A DNA stretch of 64,000 nt from Candidatus Methanomethylophilaceae archaeon (GCA_050950505.1 JBMNHS010000001.1:864001-928000), one strand, 5' to 3'; positions 30,711 through 41,631 are shown, numbered from the stretch's first letter. The notes: generated from the sequence alone by a model not told the origin. A program made the numbers and translations.

Positions 30711-32495
30711 TCAATCAGACGGTCCGTTCCAATCTTTCGGTCCGTATTCATCAAGATACTGGCCGTGTGTGGCCGGGGCCCATACGGTAGTGGTCAGATC
30801 GATGTGTCCGTAAGCCAATCCGGCATACAGCGGACCCGCGGTAACCTGTCGGGTCTCAACCGTGTATCCCAGTTCTTCCAGCAAATGCTTCAGCACGTTC
30901 GTGGATCCCACGGCACAGGACCAATCAACAAGACCGAGAACTATATTTCCGCGACTCTCGCCGACATTCAAATCCTTCAGCCATTTTTCTTTGATATCCT
31001 CATTTTCCGTCAGCCACATCAAAGCAGATTCAGAGATGTCCGATCCGTCTTTCCGATCTTCGATAAACTCCAGAAGTCCGTTGAACTCATCGACGGAATA
31101 CGAATATCTGCTCATCAACAAAGCAAGATCCGCATCATTTTTCAATAATCCGTTCCTGGCCCAGGACTGTATGGATTCGGCTTCTCCGTAAACCCCCAAA
31201 TCATCTTCCAGATAGATCATTTCATATTTTGATGCGGCCCAATGGGGATCCCACAAAGTCACAACGATGTATTCGTTGTTCTCATAAGCCGCTTTAAGGC
31301 TGGTAAGCATTCCCGCTTCCGAACTCGATTGAAGTTCAAAATTCAAACCATAATCTTCTATGGCCTGTTCGGTCATGTTCATGATGCCCGCTCCGGAATC
31401 GATACCGATAATTTTTCCTTTGAAAGCATCGAAGTGAGTGTCAAGATCGGAAACGGTTCTCACTCCGAGCATGTCGTACGTATACGTGGTAACGGCCAAA
31501 CCCAGTTTGGCACCGTTATCGAGAACATCGCCCGCAAATTCTATGTCTTCCATCTTGTCTTCATCGACAAAGAAAAACGCGCCGGCGCTGACCACAAGAA
31601 ATACAGCAAGTACGCCGGTGCCGATTTTTAAGGTTCTCATTGTATCCTTTTTGCTTCTTGACACAAAAACTTCAGGTTCCGTTTTGGTAAACGATTGTGT
31701 GAGTCTGTCCAGAGTCATCGCTATCAATACCACGGCAAGACCCGCTTCGAATCCCACGGCGATATCGATCCGGTTCAATGCGTACACAATATCTCCGCCG
31801 AGTCCGCCTCCGCCGATCATGGCGGCGATGACAACCATCGACAATGAGAGCATGATGCATTGGTTGATTCCGGTCATTATTGACGGCATTGCGATGGGAA
31901 GCTGAACTTTGGTAAGTTTGTCCCATTTCGTGGAACCGAAGGCATCGGCCACCTCGTTCATCTCTTCGGGAACCTGACGGATTCCCAGGTTGGTCAGCCT
32001 CACTACGGGAGGCATTGCGAAAATGACAGTTGCGATGACTCCCGGCACGGCACCCAATCCGAAGAAGATTATGGCCGGTATAAGGTAAACGAAAGCGGGC
32101 ATCGTCTGCATAAAGTCCATGACGGCTTTGATTACGGTATTCGAACTCTCGCTGTTGGATGCCCAGATTCCCAGCGGAATCGCAATGGCAACCGCCACCA
32201 GAGTCGACACGAGAACCATCGTGAGGGTATCAATGGAACTCTCCCAGTACCCCATGTAGTTTATGACGGCGAAGGCAAGACCGATCAACAACGGCAACAC
32301 GAGCCGTTTGGTAATCAGAATTGAAATGAAAATAAGCAGTATTATGAAAACCAGCGGACCGGGATAACTCAGGATTCCTCCCACCATGTTGATGAGGCCG
32401 TCCAGAAATCTGCTCAGAAGACTCAAAAGCCCGCCGAAATAAACTTCGATAAAATCCACAACGGTTATGGCCGCTTCGCCGACGACGGAAGTCAT
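30711..32495 (-). CDS. Glycine betaine/proline ABC transporter permease fused to substrate-binding domain (OpuABC/ProWX)
   Basis: MDFMQTMPAFVYLIP, RLTNLGIRQVP, GINQCIMLSLSMVVIA, then GIDSGAGIM, WDPHW. Confidence 0.92.
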   Translation of the reverse strand: MTSVVGEAAITVVDFIEVYFGGLLSLLSRFLDGLINMVGGILSYPGPLVFIILLIFISILITKRLVLPLLIGLAFAVINYMGYWESSIDTLTMVLVSTLVAVAIAIPLGIWASNSESSNTVIKAVMDFMQTMPAFVYLIPAIIFFGLGAVPGVIATVIFAMPPVVRLTNLGIRQVPEEMNEVADAFGSTKWDKLTKVQLPIAMPSIMTGINQCIMLSLSMVVIAAMIGGGGLGGDIVYALNRIDIAVGFEAGLAVVLIAMTLDRLTQSFTKTEPEVFVSRSKKDTMRTLKIGTGVLAVFLVVSAGAFFFVDEDKMEDIEFAGDVLDNGAKLGLAVTTYTYDMLGVRTVSDLDTHFDAFKGKIIGIDSGAGIMNMTEQAIEDYGLNFELQSSSEAGMLTSLKAAYENNEYIVVTLWDPHWAASKYEMIYLEDDLGVYGEAESIQSWARNGLLKNDADLALLMSRYSYSVDEFNGLLEFIEDRKDGSDISESALMWLTENEDIKEKWLKDLNVGESRGNIVLGLVDWSCAVGSTNVLKHLLEELGYTVETRQVTAGPLYAGLAYGHIDLTTTVWAPATHGQYLDEYGPKDWNGPSD

Positions 32496-33886
32496 TCTTC
32501 ACTGCCCCCGTTCAAAGTGTCGGCGGCCACCGACGGACTGACCGTTCCCAAAAACAATCCGTTTTCATCCACGACGGGTATGGGGAAATCGGTGGTGACC
32601 ATAATCTGTATGACATCGCTCATCGGCGAGTCAGGTCCGACAGTGGGTGTTTCGATGATGATGTTCGACAGATCGGATTCTCCGAACTTCACTCCGCGGA
32701 GTATGTCGTCGGATTCGACTCTGCCTATGAAACGGTTGTTTCGGTCTATGACAAGCATGTCGTTTCGGTCAAGACGATCCATGATTCTCAGTGCCGTCCG
32801 GGGCCCCTGAGTGACATACAGAATGTTTCTGGGTCTTCTCATGAACAGTTCCGCGGTAAGGATTTTCGTACGGTCGACTTCTTTCACGAACCTGCTTACG
32901 TATTCATCGGCCGGATTCTGAAGAATATCCTCCGCCCGCCCAATCTGTACGATTTTACCGTCTTTCATCAATGCGATGCGGTCTCCGAGTTTGAGAGCCT
33001 CGTCAAGATCGTGAGTCACGAACACCACGGTTTTTCCGAGTTTGGATTGAATTTTGATCAATTCATCCTGCATATCATTTCTTATCAACGGGTCCAAAGC
33101 GCTGAACGCTTCGTCCATGAATAGTATGTCCGGGTCCGTGGCCAAAGCTCTGGCCAATCCCACTCTTTGCCGCATGCCGCCGCTTAAATCGGCGGGCATG
33201 CTTTCTTCATAACCTGCAAGGCCTACGAGCTCAATCGTCTCTTCGGACCTTTTAAGCCGTTCTTCTTCGCAGACGTTCTGCATTTCCAAACCGTAAGCAA
33301 CATTGTTCAGAATATCTCTGTGGGGTATGAGCGCAAAATTCTGGAAAACCATTGACATTTTCTTTCGTCTGACCAATCTAAGATCGTCTTCGTCCAAGGA
33401 TGTGAAATCCAAACCGTCAATGTACACTTTGCCCGAGGTGGGCTCGATCAGACGGTTCATACAACGTTCCAAAGTGGATTTTCCGGAACCGGAAAGTCCC
33501 ATCAGGACGAATATTTCACCTTCCATGACATCAAAAGAAACGTCGTACAAACCGACGTTGTTGGAAGTGCGACTTTGAACTTCCTCTTTACTGTGACCTT
33601 GTTCCAGAAGCTGCAACGCTTCCTCGTGATGCCTTCCGTATATTTTGGACAGTTTTTCAACTCTGATTATCACACGATTGCCTTCCGTGTCCCGGATGGC
33701 GTCGACGCCTTCGAAAATATCGTCGGCGGTTTGCCTCTCCTTCTTGGAAGGGTGATATTTTTTTGTGAAGTTTTTGACGGATCCCTTTACGCGGGTTCCG
33801 ATTCTGCTCATATTTTCAGATAAAAGCCGGTTGAACTCGTCGTCCATGGCTTTGATCGGTCTCTTTGTGTCTATCTTTGAAGACAT
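32492..33886 (-). CDS. opuAA: Glycine betaine/proline ABC transporter ATPase with CBS pair
   Basis: MGLSGSGKST, LSGGMRQRVGLARALA, MDEAFSALDPLIR, C-terminal CBS domains. Confidence 0.92.
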   Translation of the reverse strand: MSSKIDTKRPIKAMDDEFNRLLSENMSRIGTRVKGSVKNFTKKYHPSKKERQTADDIFEGVDAIRDTEGNRVIIRVEKLSKIYGRHHEEALQLLEQGHSKEEVQSRTSNNVGLYDVSFDVMEGEIFVLMGLSGSGKSTLERCMNRLIEPTSGKVYIDGLDFTSLDEDDLRLVRRKKMSMVFQNFALIPHRDILNNVAYGLEMQNVCEEERLKRSEETIELVGLAGYEESMPADLSGGMRQRVGLARALATDPDILFMDEAFSALDPLIRNDMQDELIKIQSKLGKTVVFVTHDLDEALKLGDRIALMKDGKIVQIGRAEDILQNPADEYVSRFVKEVDRTKILTAELFMRRPRNILYVTQGPRTALRIMDRLDRNDMLVIDRNNRFIGRVESDDILRGVKFGESDLSNIIIETPTVGPDSPMSDVIQIMVTTDFPIPVVDENGLFLGTVSPSVAADTLNGGSEE

Positions 33887-34155
33887 TGTTTGTCATCTCC
33901 GAATTTCGGATCGGAAATGAACCGTTCTTCAGCGCTTACGCTAAGATTATCCAACAATGTGAGTCGCAGGATCGACCCGGGGTTTGGATACCGCGGGGTT
34001 TTCTTAGCGTATGGGCCTTTACTTTACGGATTTTCTTTTATTTTATATCCGTATTTTTATCGAACGGCTCAATTCTGACCGAACTCAGATACCTGTGTGT
34101 TTTTGAAACGCCCAGGTATCAAGGCAGAATTTGCCACGTTCGGCATTATATAAAT
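33887..34155 (-). promoter_or_regulatory. TATA box plus ~230-nt structured 5' leader of the opuA operon
   Basis: TTTATATA near 34150 on the minus strand followed by stems GATACCTG/CAGGTATC, TACGGAT/ATCCGTA, TACGCTAAGA/TCTTAGCGTA, TATCCAA/TTGGATA. Confidence 0.5.
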
Positions 34156-34568
34156 AATGTAGGATTTGGAGATTTTTTGTGAAAATCGGTCGATTCATGC
34201 GGCAAAATCAACCTAAAAAACATACAAAAGTTATTTTTCAATCAATAAAATATGTTCTTCAGACAATCCGATGCGGAACGTTTAATCTCGGAATCCTTGA
34301 AAATTTCGTTGAAACATAAACAAACAATCCAGCATACGTTGAATAATAAATATCTTTGAATTTCGGCATATCTTCGACTTTAGACGATATAATTCTCGGT
34401 CATTAAGCGGAAATATACGTAAACTCTGATGTATTTTCGTTATTCGTACAAATTTGAGAATCTGTGTAATCCGAGTTATTTTTACGTTAAATGCAGTAAA
34501 TACGCATATTATATACGAAATTCGTAGAATAGTTGGGTATATATACAATGAGTGCGTTAATAGAGATT

Positions 34569-34760
34569 GAGGTGAGACCCAATTTCAAAACGTAAAGACA
34601 CTAGGATCTGCGGCGAAGACATGAACGAGGCATTATGTTCGTTGGTAGAGAAATGGCCGGTCGGCACCTCTCGATGCGGATAAGCGAAATTCATGTCTGC
34701 AAGACCCGACTGATGACCGCAACAAACCCCCTGCCCTTTGGGGCAGGGATTTCTTTCTCT
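34569..34760 (+). ncRNA. Candidate pseudoknotted RNA/leader with terminal hairpin upstream of cas3
   Basis: Stems GAGGTG/CACCTC and TGCGG/CCGCA, 9-bp cross pairing AGACATGAA/TTCATGTCT, hairpin CCCTGCCC-TTTG-GGGCAGGG plus pyrimidine tract; TATATATA about 25 nt upstream. Confidence 0.45.
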
Positions 34761-34858
34761 CTGAACATTTCTCTCGGTTTACACATTCTGAGATTTTTAT
34801 CGTCTGTTTATATAGAGTTATACGCTACCGTTAAATGCAAACATATTGCTGAATCAGT

Positions 34859-37660
34859 ATGAACTCCGTCGGAGGGGATGTAAAGACCAATCGGGTTCCT
34901 TTTGATGATTTATCTGATATGAGTACATCATTGTGGGCAAAAGTTTCACAGACCGTCGGTGATGTAAGTTGGCTTCCTCTTGTTGCTCATATGCATGACG
35001 CGGGATACGTTTCGTAGTGTATTTGGAGAAGATGGCTTCCGGAGTCAACTAGAAAACTAATCGAAGATGGAATTTACACGGAGGACGGACATAAATTAAC
35101 TCCGGATGTGGTTGAACGGATTCTTAAATTCGTTTCAACAACACATGATATCGGAAAAGCCACCCCCGCTTTTCAGGGGAAAATGATTTTTCAAAATCCG
35201 GATGTTCAGATTGAATGCAGGAGAAGGTTAGACGCGTCCGGAATACCAATGAGGTATGACTTGGACAATCCGAACTTGATTCCACATTCATTTGCTTCGC
35301 AATATATCCTTGAAAGCAGAGGTATAGATCGAAGCGTTGCCTCTATTGTCGGTGGCCATCATGGCACATTTCCGAACAGAGATGAGTTTAGAAAAATAAG
35401 TTCATTTAAAAATCATACAGGCGTTGGGAACAAAAAATGGGATGACATTCACGACGAACTCTTGGGGTATTCACTTTATGTTTCAGAGTTGGATTATGAA
35501 TCCATTTCAAGTTTGAAAATTGCAGTTCATTCTCAGATATTGCTTACGGCCCTGGTGATAATGTCTGATTGGATATCAAGCAATGAGTATGATTTTCCTT
35601 ATGATGAGGAGTTCACTTATTCAAATTCAATTTTAAAAGAACGGGCCATCAAAGGATGGGACCGTCTCAGTATCCCATCTATTTGGACGCCGGACACCGA
35701 TGGTATTGTGGACATTCTTTATCAGAGTCGTTTCGGATTCAATCCCAGACCTTTTCAAAAATCCATTTTGGATATATTGAACAATATAAATTCCCCCGGA
35801 CTCATTATTTTAGAAGCACCGATGGGTGAAGGTAAGACCGAGGCTGCACTTGCGGCAGCTGAGATATTGGCAGATCGGTTTGGAAAAAGCGGGTTATTTT
35901 TCGCATTGCCGACACAGGCAACGTCTGATGGAATTTTTGACAGAGTCAAAAATTGGATGGAGAAAGCCGTGGGAAAATACAGCGATGAGAAGCACTCACT
36001 GTTTTTGGCGCATGGTAAATCCAGATTTAACGAATCATACACTTCATTGTATCAAAAGAAGTGGAACGTCGGTTCGACAAATGAAAATCACAATGGAAAC
36101 GTCATCGTTCACGATTGGTTCAATGGGAGAAAAAAAGGTATTCTTTCCGATGTTGTCGTGGGAACCGTTGATCAAATACTCATGGCAAGTTTAAAACAGA
36201 AACATCTTGTATTGAGGCATCTGGGACTTGCGAACAAAGTAGTGATAATCGACGAATGTCATGCATATGATACATACATGGGAAGTTACCTGGTAAAGAC
36301 ATTGAGGTGGCTGGGCGCATATAAAGTACCGGTGATCCTGTTATCTGCAACACTTCCCCCCAATATACGTTATGATTTTGTGAAAGGATACATGTTCTGT
36401 GGTACGAACAATGAGCCCGCGTCTCTCGATTGGGTTCATAATAAAAACTACCCCCTGTTGACTTATGCAGATTCAGAAGGGATATTTCAGAACGCTCCCG
36501 AGAGCTCGGGCCGCACAGTAAAAATCAATATCGAAAACATTTCTGATGAAGATATATTAGGGATTTTGGAAGATCACACTTCTGAGGGGGGATTTGTGGG
36601 CATAATATTAAACACAGTTAATCGAGCACAAGAATTATCTAAAAAGCTTTCAGATCGCTTCGGCGAAGAGCAGATTCAACTGATACATTCCCGTTTTACT
36701 AACATAGATCGTTCCGTGAAAGAAGCAAAACTTCTCGAAATTCTTGATAAAGGAAATCGATTATCTCCCGGAAATAGGTTATTTGTCATAGGTACGCAAG
36801 TAATAGAACAATCTCTCGATTTGGATTTTGATTTACTTATAACTGATTTATGTCCTATGGATCTCCTGATACAACGTATGGGAAGACTGCACAGACATAT
36901 TCGAAAAAGATCTGCGAAAATGCATCTTCCATTGTGTTATGTTTTGGACAATGGTAAAGGGGATTTCGAACCGGGCGCCGAGAGCGTTTACGGAAAATAT
37001 CACCTTATGAACTCGAGAGAATTGCTCAGGTTACGAAAAACTATCAATTTCCCTGATGAAATTCCTTTTTTGGTGCATGCGGCATACGACGTCAACGGAA
37101 TTCCCATGCCGGAGGCCCTCAGGGACGAATATGATTGCGCGCACAAAGAATTGGAACAAAAGATGATCGATAAAGAACGCAGAGCAAAGGTTTTCCAAAT
37201 CAAACATCCTGAAAAAACGAAAAATCTCATGGGTTGGACGGAGGGTTCGGGAAGTGATACTGAAAGGGCTGCACAGGCAACAGTCAGGGATGTAAACAGT
37301 TCTTTGGAAGTAATCGTTGTCCGAAAAGACGATGAAGGAAATTTTAGAATGATTTCATCTGTGTCGGAGGATGACGGTTCTGTGATTCCTTCAGATTCGG
37401 TTCCTGATGGAAAATTGGCCTTCAGGCTTGCAGGATGCAAAGTCTCTCTTCCCGGATTTCTGTCTGCAGATTGGAAAATAGATGAAACGATACGTTATCT
37501 CGAAATGAGAAACAGTAAAGAAATTCCCAAATGTTGGCAGGAATCGGAATGGCTGAACGGAGAATTATTCTTGTTGCTTGATAACAGCGGTATCACAACT
37601 GTTATATCATATTCACTGAGGTATGACACCAAGTTCGGGTTGATGATGGTTTATGAATGA
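34859..37660 (+). CDS. cas3: CRISPR type I-E Cas3 (HD nuclease + SF2 helicase) with in-frame TAG at 35015-35017 (probable pyrrolysine)
   Basis: Upstream in-frame segment SLWAK...WLPLVAHMHDAGYVS*CIWRRWLP continues into HDIGKATPAFQ, APMGEGKTEAAL, DECHAYD, LSAT, QRMGRLHRH. Start may be 34859 or 34919. Confidence 0.88.
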
Positions 37661-39221
37661 TGTCGATTTCAATCTCCTGTACGAGCCGTGGATATCTGTA
37701 ATGGACTATGAAGGAAAAATTCTTCAAATGGGTATCATGGATACGTTGAATCAAGCTCATAAAATCAAATCATTGGCTGGGGAAACCCCGACACAGGATG
37801 TAACGATTATACGTTTATTACTGGCAATAATATCTGCAATTTATCTTCGGACGGACTCTGATGGGACAAAGGCCCATTTGACGGACGAAGAGGATGCCGT
37901 TGAAAGATGGGGTCGATTATGGGAAAGAAACCGATTTGATTCCGAACACGTTCAGCAGTATCTGGTTGGATTCGAAGACAGATTCTATTTGTTCCACCCC
38001 AAATTTCCCTTTTATCAATCTCCTATTGAAAAAGGTACAGAGTATACATCACCCAAACTCATCGGAGATCTTCTGGAAAGCAGTAATAAACTTCGATTGT
38101 TCAGTAACAGAAACGGTGCCGGCAAAGTCAAAATCTCTTACGCTGAGGCGGCACGCTGGATACTTCATCTGAACGCGTTCGATGACACCTCTGCAAAGCC
38201 TACGGTAAGGGGAGGCAATATGCCATCTCCGGGTGCAGGGTGGTTGGGCAAGTTAGGTCTTATATATGCGGAAGGAAAGAATCTCTTTGAAACTCTGATG
38301 CTGAATTTTGTAATGACCGATCATAATTATGATCCTTTTCCGGATGGAAAGGCCATATGGGAGTCCAGCCCCCGCATCGAGGAAAGGGTAATCATACCCA
38401 TGCCCGAAAGTCCGTTGGAAATAATGACATTACAATCCCGCAGAATATTGTTGAAGCGTGAAGAGGGTTTCGTAACAGGATATATTCTGATGGGCGGGGA
38501 CATAGTTGACAGAGAAAATGCTCTGATAGAGCAAATGACTGTGTGGAGAAAGGATAAAACGGGCGCATGGTTGCCTAAAAGACACGATCCATCCCGATTG
38601 ATGTGGAGGGATTTTTCCGCAATGATGTCAGGATTTGAAGATAATATAAAACCCGGCGTTGTAAGATGGATTTCTTCACTCGTAGCGGAAGACTTGCTTC
38701 CGGATGAATTTTTAACCTTCAGAATCACAGGAATAAAATACGGAGATAAGGATTTTTTTGCCGAAGACACGATAGACGACGGAATGGTATTCAATGCCGA
38801 ACTTCTGAGTTCTCTCGGAGAATCATGGATTCATAGAATTTCAAACCTGATAAAGAGAACAGAAGAATCCATCTATGCCTTCGGTACGTTCGCACGAAAT
38901 TTATCAATTGACAGCGGCAACGACGCGGAAGGTAAAAGTGCAAAAAATGCTTCCGCATCTGCAAGAGAAATGGCATATTTCCATTTGGATATGCCTTTCA
39001 GACGATGGCTTCAATCTATAAATCCCGTGTCTGATGATGAAGAGAGCCGGTTGAATGAGTGGACCGGGTTAGTATACTCTGTTTTGGTGGACAATCTCGG
39101 AAAACAATTACTTGAGGATGCAGGAGTCCAGGCCATGGTGGGCAGCAGTCTGCAAAACAATTCAATTTCCAGGTACAGACTGTTCAGAAACAGTGTTCGC
39201 AAGATTCTTAGAGGTGATTAA
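37653..39221 (+). CDS. cse1: Type I-E Cascade large subunit Cas8e/Cse1
   Basis: FNLLYEPWI, DRFYLFHPKFPFYQ, GWLGKLG, GKNLFETLMLN. Confidence 0.92.
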   Translation: MNDVDFNLLYEPWISVMDYEGKILQMGIMDTLNQAHKIKSLAGETPTQDVTIIRLLLAIISAIYLRTDSDGTKAHLTDEEDAVERWGRLWERNRFDSEHVQQYLVGFEDRFYLFHPKFPFYQSPIEKGTEYTSPKLIGDLLESSNKLRLFSNRNGAGKVKISYAEAARWILHLNAFDDTSAKPTVRGGNMPSPGAGWLGKLGLIYAEGKNLFETLMLNFVMTDHNYDPFPDGKAIWESSPRIEERVIIPMPESPLEIMTLQSRRILLKREEGFVTGYILMGGDIVDRENALIEQMTVWRKDKTGAWLPKRHDPSRLMWRDFSAMMSGFEDNIKPGVVRWISSLVAEDLLPDEFLTFRITGIKYGDKDFFAEDTIDDGMVFNAELLSSLGESWIHRISNLIKRTEESIYAFGTFARNLSIDSGNDAEGKSAKNASASAREMAYFHLDMPFRRWLQSINPVSDDEESRLNEWTGLVYSVLVDNLGKQLLEDAGVQAMVGSSLQNNSISRYRLFRNSVRKILRGD

Positions 39222-39222
39222 T

Positions 39223-39819
39223 TTGACAAAATCTGATATGATATATAATTTTGTTAATGAGAAGATAGGCATATTGCAAACGGGAAGTCCCTGGTCTAAA
39301 GCAATGTTGGCAAAATTAAGAAGAGGAGTGGGTAAGGAACCTTCAGAATCATACGAGACGTGGGAAATCACGTTAAACGGGATTCCTGAGGAGTTGACCG
39401 GTTTTGAAGGAGTCGGAGATTTTGAGGCCAATGAGGCAGAAATGGCAATACACGTGGCTTTGACGTTATACGCACTTCATCAACAAGGTAACTCATTGCC
39501 GGTGAATTCATACAATAAATCCTTTGCCGCATCCATAAGAAGTCTCATAAATACTGACAAGTCCAATGAGGATGCAATCAAAAGACGGTTTGACGCAATC
39601 ATCACATCCGATACCTTGATGGAATTATCAACTCATGCCAGAGGACTTGTTCAGTTGATGAAAGCATCGGAGAACACATCATTCAATTACCCCTTATTTG
39701 CAAAAGATCTCTATTTCTTCCAATATCCGGAAGGTAAAAAAACAGTTCGTTTGCGATGGGGGCTGGATTTTTATAAAGTACGTATGAACGAACCTATGAA
39801 AAAGGAGGAAGAAGAGTGA
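39223..39819 (+). CDS. cse2: Type I-E small subunit Cas11/Cse2
   Basis: LAKLRRGVGK, ALTLYALHQQ, RRFDA, WGLDFY; TTG start after GAGGTGA. Confidence 0.9.
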   Translation: MTKSDMIYNFVNEKIGILQTGSPWSKAMLAKLRRGVGKEPSESYETWEITLNGIPEELTGFEGVGDFEANEAEMAIHVALTLYALHQQGNSLPVNSYNKSFAASIRSLINTDKSNEDAIKRRFDAIITSDTLMELSTHARGLVQLMKASENTSFNYPLFAKDLYFFQYPEGKKTVRLRWGLDFYKVRMNEPMKKEEEE

Positions 39820-40922
39820 AAAACAGAATATTTGTAGATTTGCACGTTATTCAAACAGTACCGCCCAGTTGTGTGAACAGGGATGATACGGGAAGCCCCA
39901 AAACGGCTATGTACGGCGGAGTTCGCAGAGCCCGTGTTTCCTCTCAGAGCTGGAAAAAGGCAATCAGAGATCAGTTCAAGGAAGAATTTGACGAATCTGA
40001 GTTGGGAATACGCACCTTGAACGCAGTCGATGTGATTGCTGACAAAATACGTTCCATCGATACAGCCCTCTCCAAAGAAGAAGCGGTGGGGAAAGCAGCA
40101 GGCGTTCTTAGAGTCGCAGGTATTAAATTGGACACGAAGAAGAAAAAAGATACGGAGTCAGAAGAAAATCTCCGTACGGGAGCGTTATTTTTTATCAGTT
40201 CCAAACAGGCAGAGAATATGGCCGCTTTGGCGTTGACTGAGAACTATTCTAAAAAAGACGCACAAGAGGCGCTGAACAAAGGCAACGGAGTAGACATAGC
40301 TCTGTTCGGCAGAATGGTCGCCGACGATCCGTCATTGAATTCCGACGCATCAGCCCAAGTTGCTCATGCGATATCAACTCATAAGGTTGACACGGAATAC
40401 GATTATTTTACGGCAATAGATGATAGGTCTCCCGCAGACAACGCGGGTGCCGGAATGATCGGTACCGTTGAATTCAATTCTTCTACGCTATACCGGTACG
40501 CGACAGTTTCAGTTCATGACCTGTACAACAGATTGGAATGCAATAAAGAGATGACTTCGAAAGCCATAACCGAATTCATAAAAGCATTCATGCTCAGTAT
40601 GCCCACAGGAAAACAGAATACGTTTGCAAACAGAACGGTTCCCAATGCCGCTATAATCGCAATCAGAGACGATCAACCAATCAATCTCGTCAGCGCATTC
40701 GAATCTCCCGTAGGTACAAACAAATCCTCAATCGGGTACCTGGACGAATCAATAGACAGATTAATCAAAGAAAAGGAAGAAGCAACTTCTTCCTTTGTCA
40801 AGAAATCCAAGAAAACTTGGCAGATCGGAAAAGGTCTTGATGCATTGGGGCCTTCTGCTGATGTGGAAACCACCATTTCCGAAATAGAAGACTACCTCAA
40901 TGGGGAATTAGGTGAATGGTGA
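39816..40922 (+). CDS. cas7: Type I-E Cas7/Cse4
   Basis: PPSCVNRDDTGSPKTA, RARVSSQSWK, DIALFGRMVA, DYFTAIDD, PTGKQNTFA. Confidence 0.95.
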   Translation: MKNRIFVDLHVIQTVPPSCVNRDDTGSPKTAMYGGVRRARVSSQSWKKAIRDQFKEEFDESELGIRTLNAVDVIADKIRSIDTALSKEEAVGKAAGVLRVAGIKLDTKKKKDTESEENLRTGALFFISSKQAENMAALALTENYSKKDAQEALNKGNGVDIALFGRMVADDPSLNSDASAQVAHAISTHKVDTEYDYFTAIDDRSPADNAGAGMIGTVEFNSSTLYRYATVSVHDLYNRLECNKEMTSKAITEFIKAFMLSMPTGKQNTFANRTVPNAAIIAIRDDQPINLVSAFESPVGTNKSSIGYLDESIDRLIKEKEEATSSFVKKSKKTWQIGKGLDALGPSADVETTISEIEDYLNGELGEW

Positions 40923-41631
40923 CATTATTGTTGAGATTGGCCGGCCCTTTGCAATCCTGGGGGGTGGGTTCCAAGTTTGAAACCCGCACTACCTCGAAAG
41001 CACCCTCAAAGAGCGGAGTCTTGGGAATGGTCGCTTCTGCAATGGGACGCGACAGAGAAGATTCTCTCGATGATTTGGCATCTTTGAAATTCGGAGTGCG
41101 GATAGATCAGGAAGGAACGATTTTAAAGGATTTTCACACAGCGCACAGCGCGAGTCGCAAGACGGCATACGTGACAAACAGACATTATCTCGAAAATGGG
41201 TGTTTTTTAGTAGGCCTTGAAGGTGATGAAACATTACTGTTTAGAATCGAAGATGCGATAAAAAATCCCTTTTATCCTCTTTACCTGGGACGCAGGTCTT
41301 GTCCACCTACGGGCAGAATGATTTTGGGATTCAGAGACAAAGTGCTGTATGAAGCACTGAGGGATGAGCCGTGGTTGGCGTCAGAGTGGTATCGAAAACG
41401 GACTCCCTCCAATGTAATGTTGGAGATTGTATGCGAAGATGATTCCGATTTATTTTCGGAATCTGTCCGGGATGTGCCCCTCAGTTTTAGCCAAACCAGA
41501 AGAAAGCATGGTTTCAGGAATGTAAGAAGAGTTCTTGACGGAAAGACAATCGAAAATTCCGATTCCGGAATCAAAAAACCCATGAATGCACAATTCGATC
41601 CAATGTTCGAAGTAAAGAAGGAGGTTCGTTA

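Noticed and set aside
34282-34548. 88-aa minus-strand ORF in the AT-rich gap
   Set aside because: No recognisable motif, atypical composition, and it lies between divergent promoters.
34684-34720. GAAA...CTGATGA as a hammerhead ribozyme core
   Set aside because: Only 20 nt lie between the motifs (no room for stems III and I) and stem II does not close properly.
35108-35110. GTG start for cas3 given by the ORF track
   Set aside because: It would delete the conserved LWAK / H-x-x-D N-terminus found in frame upstream of the TAG.
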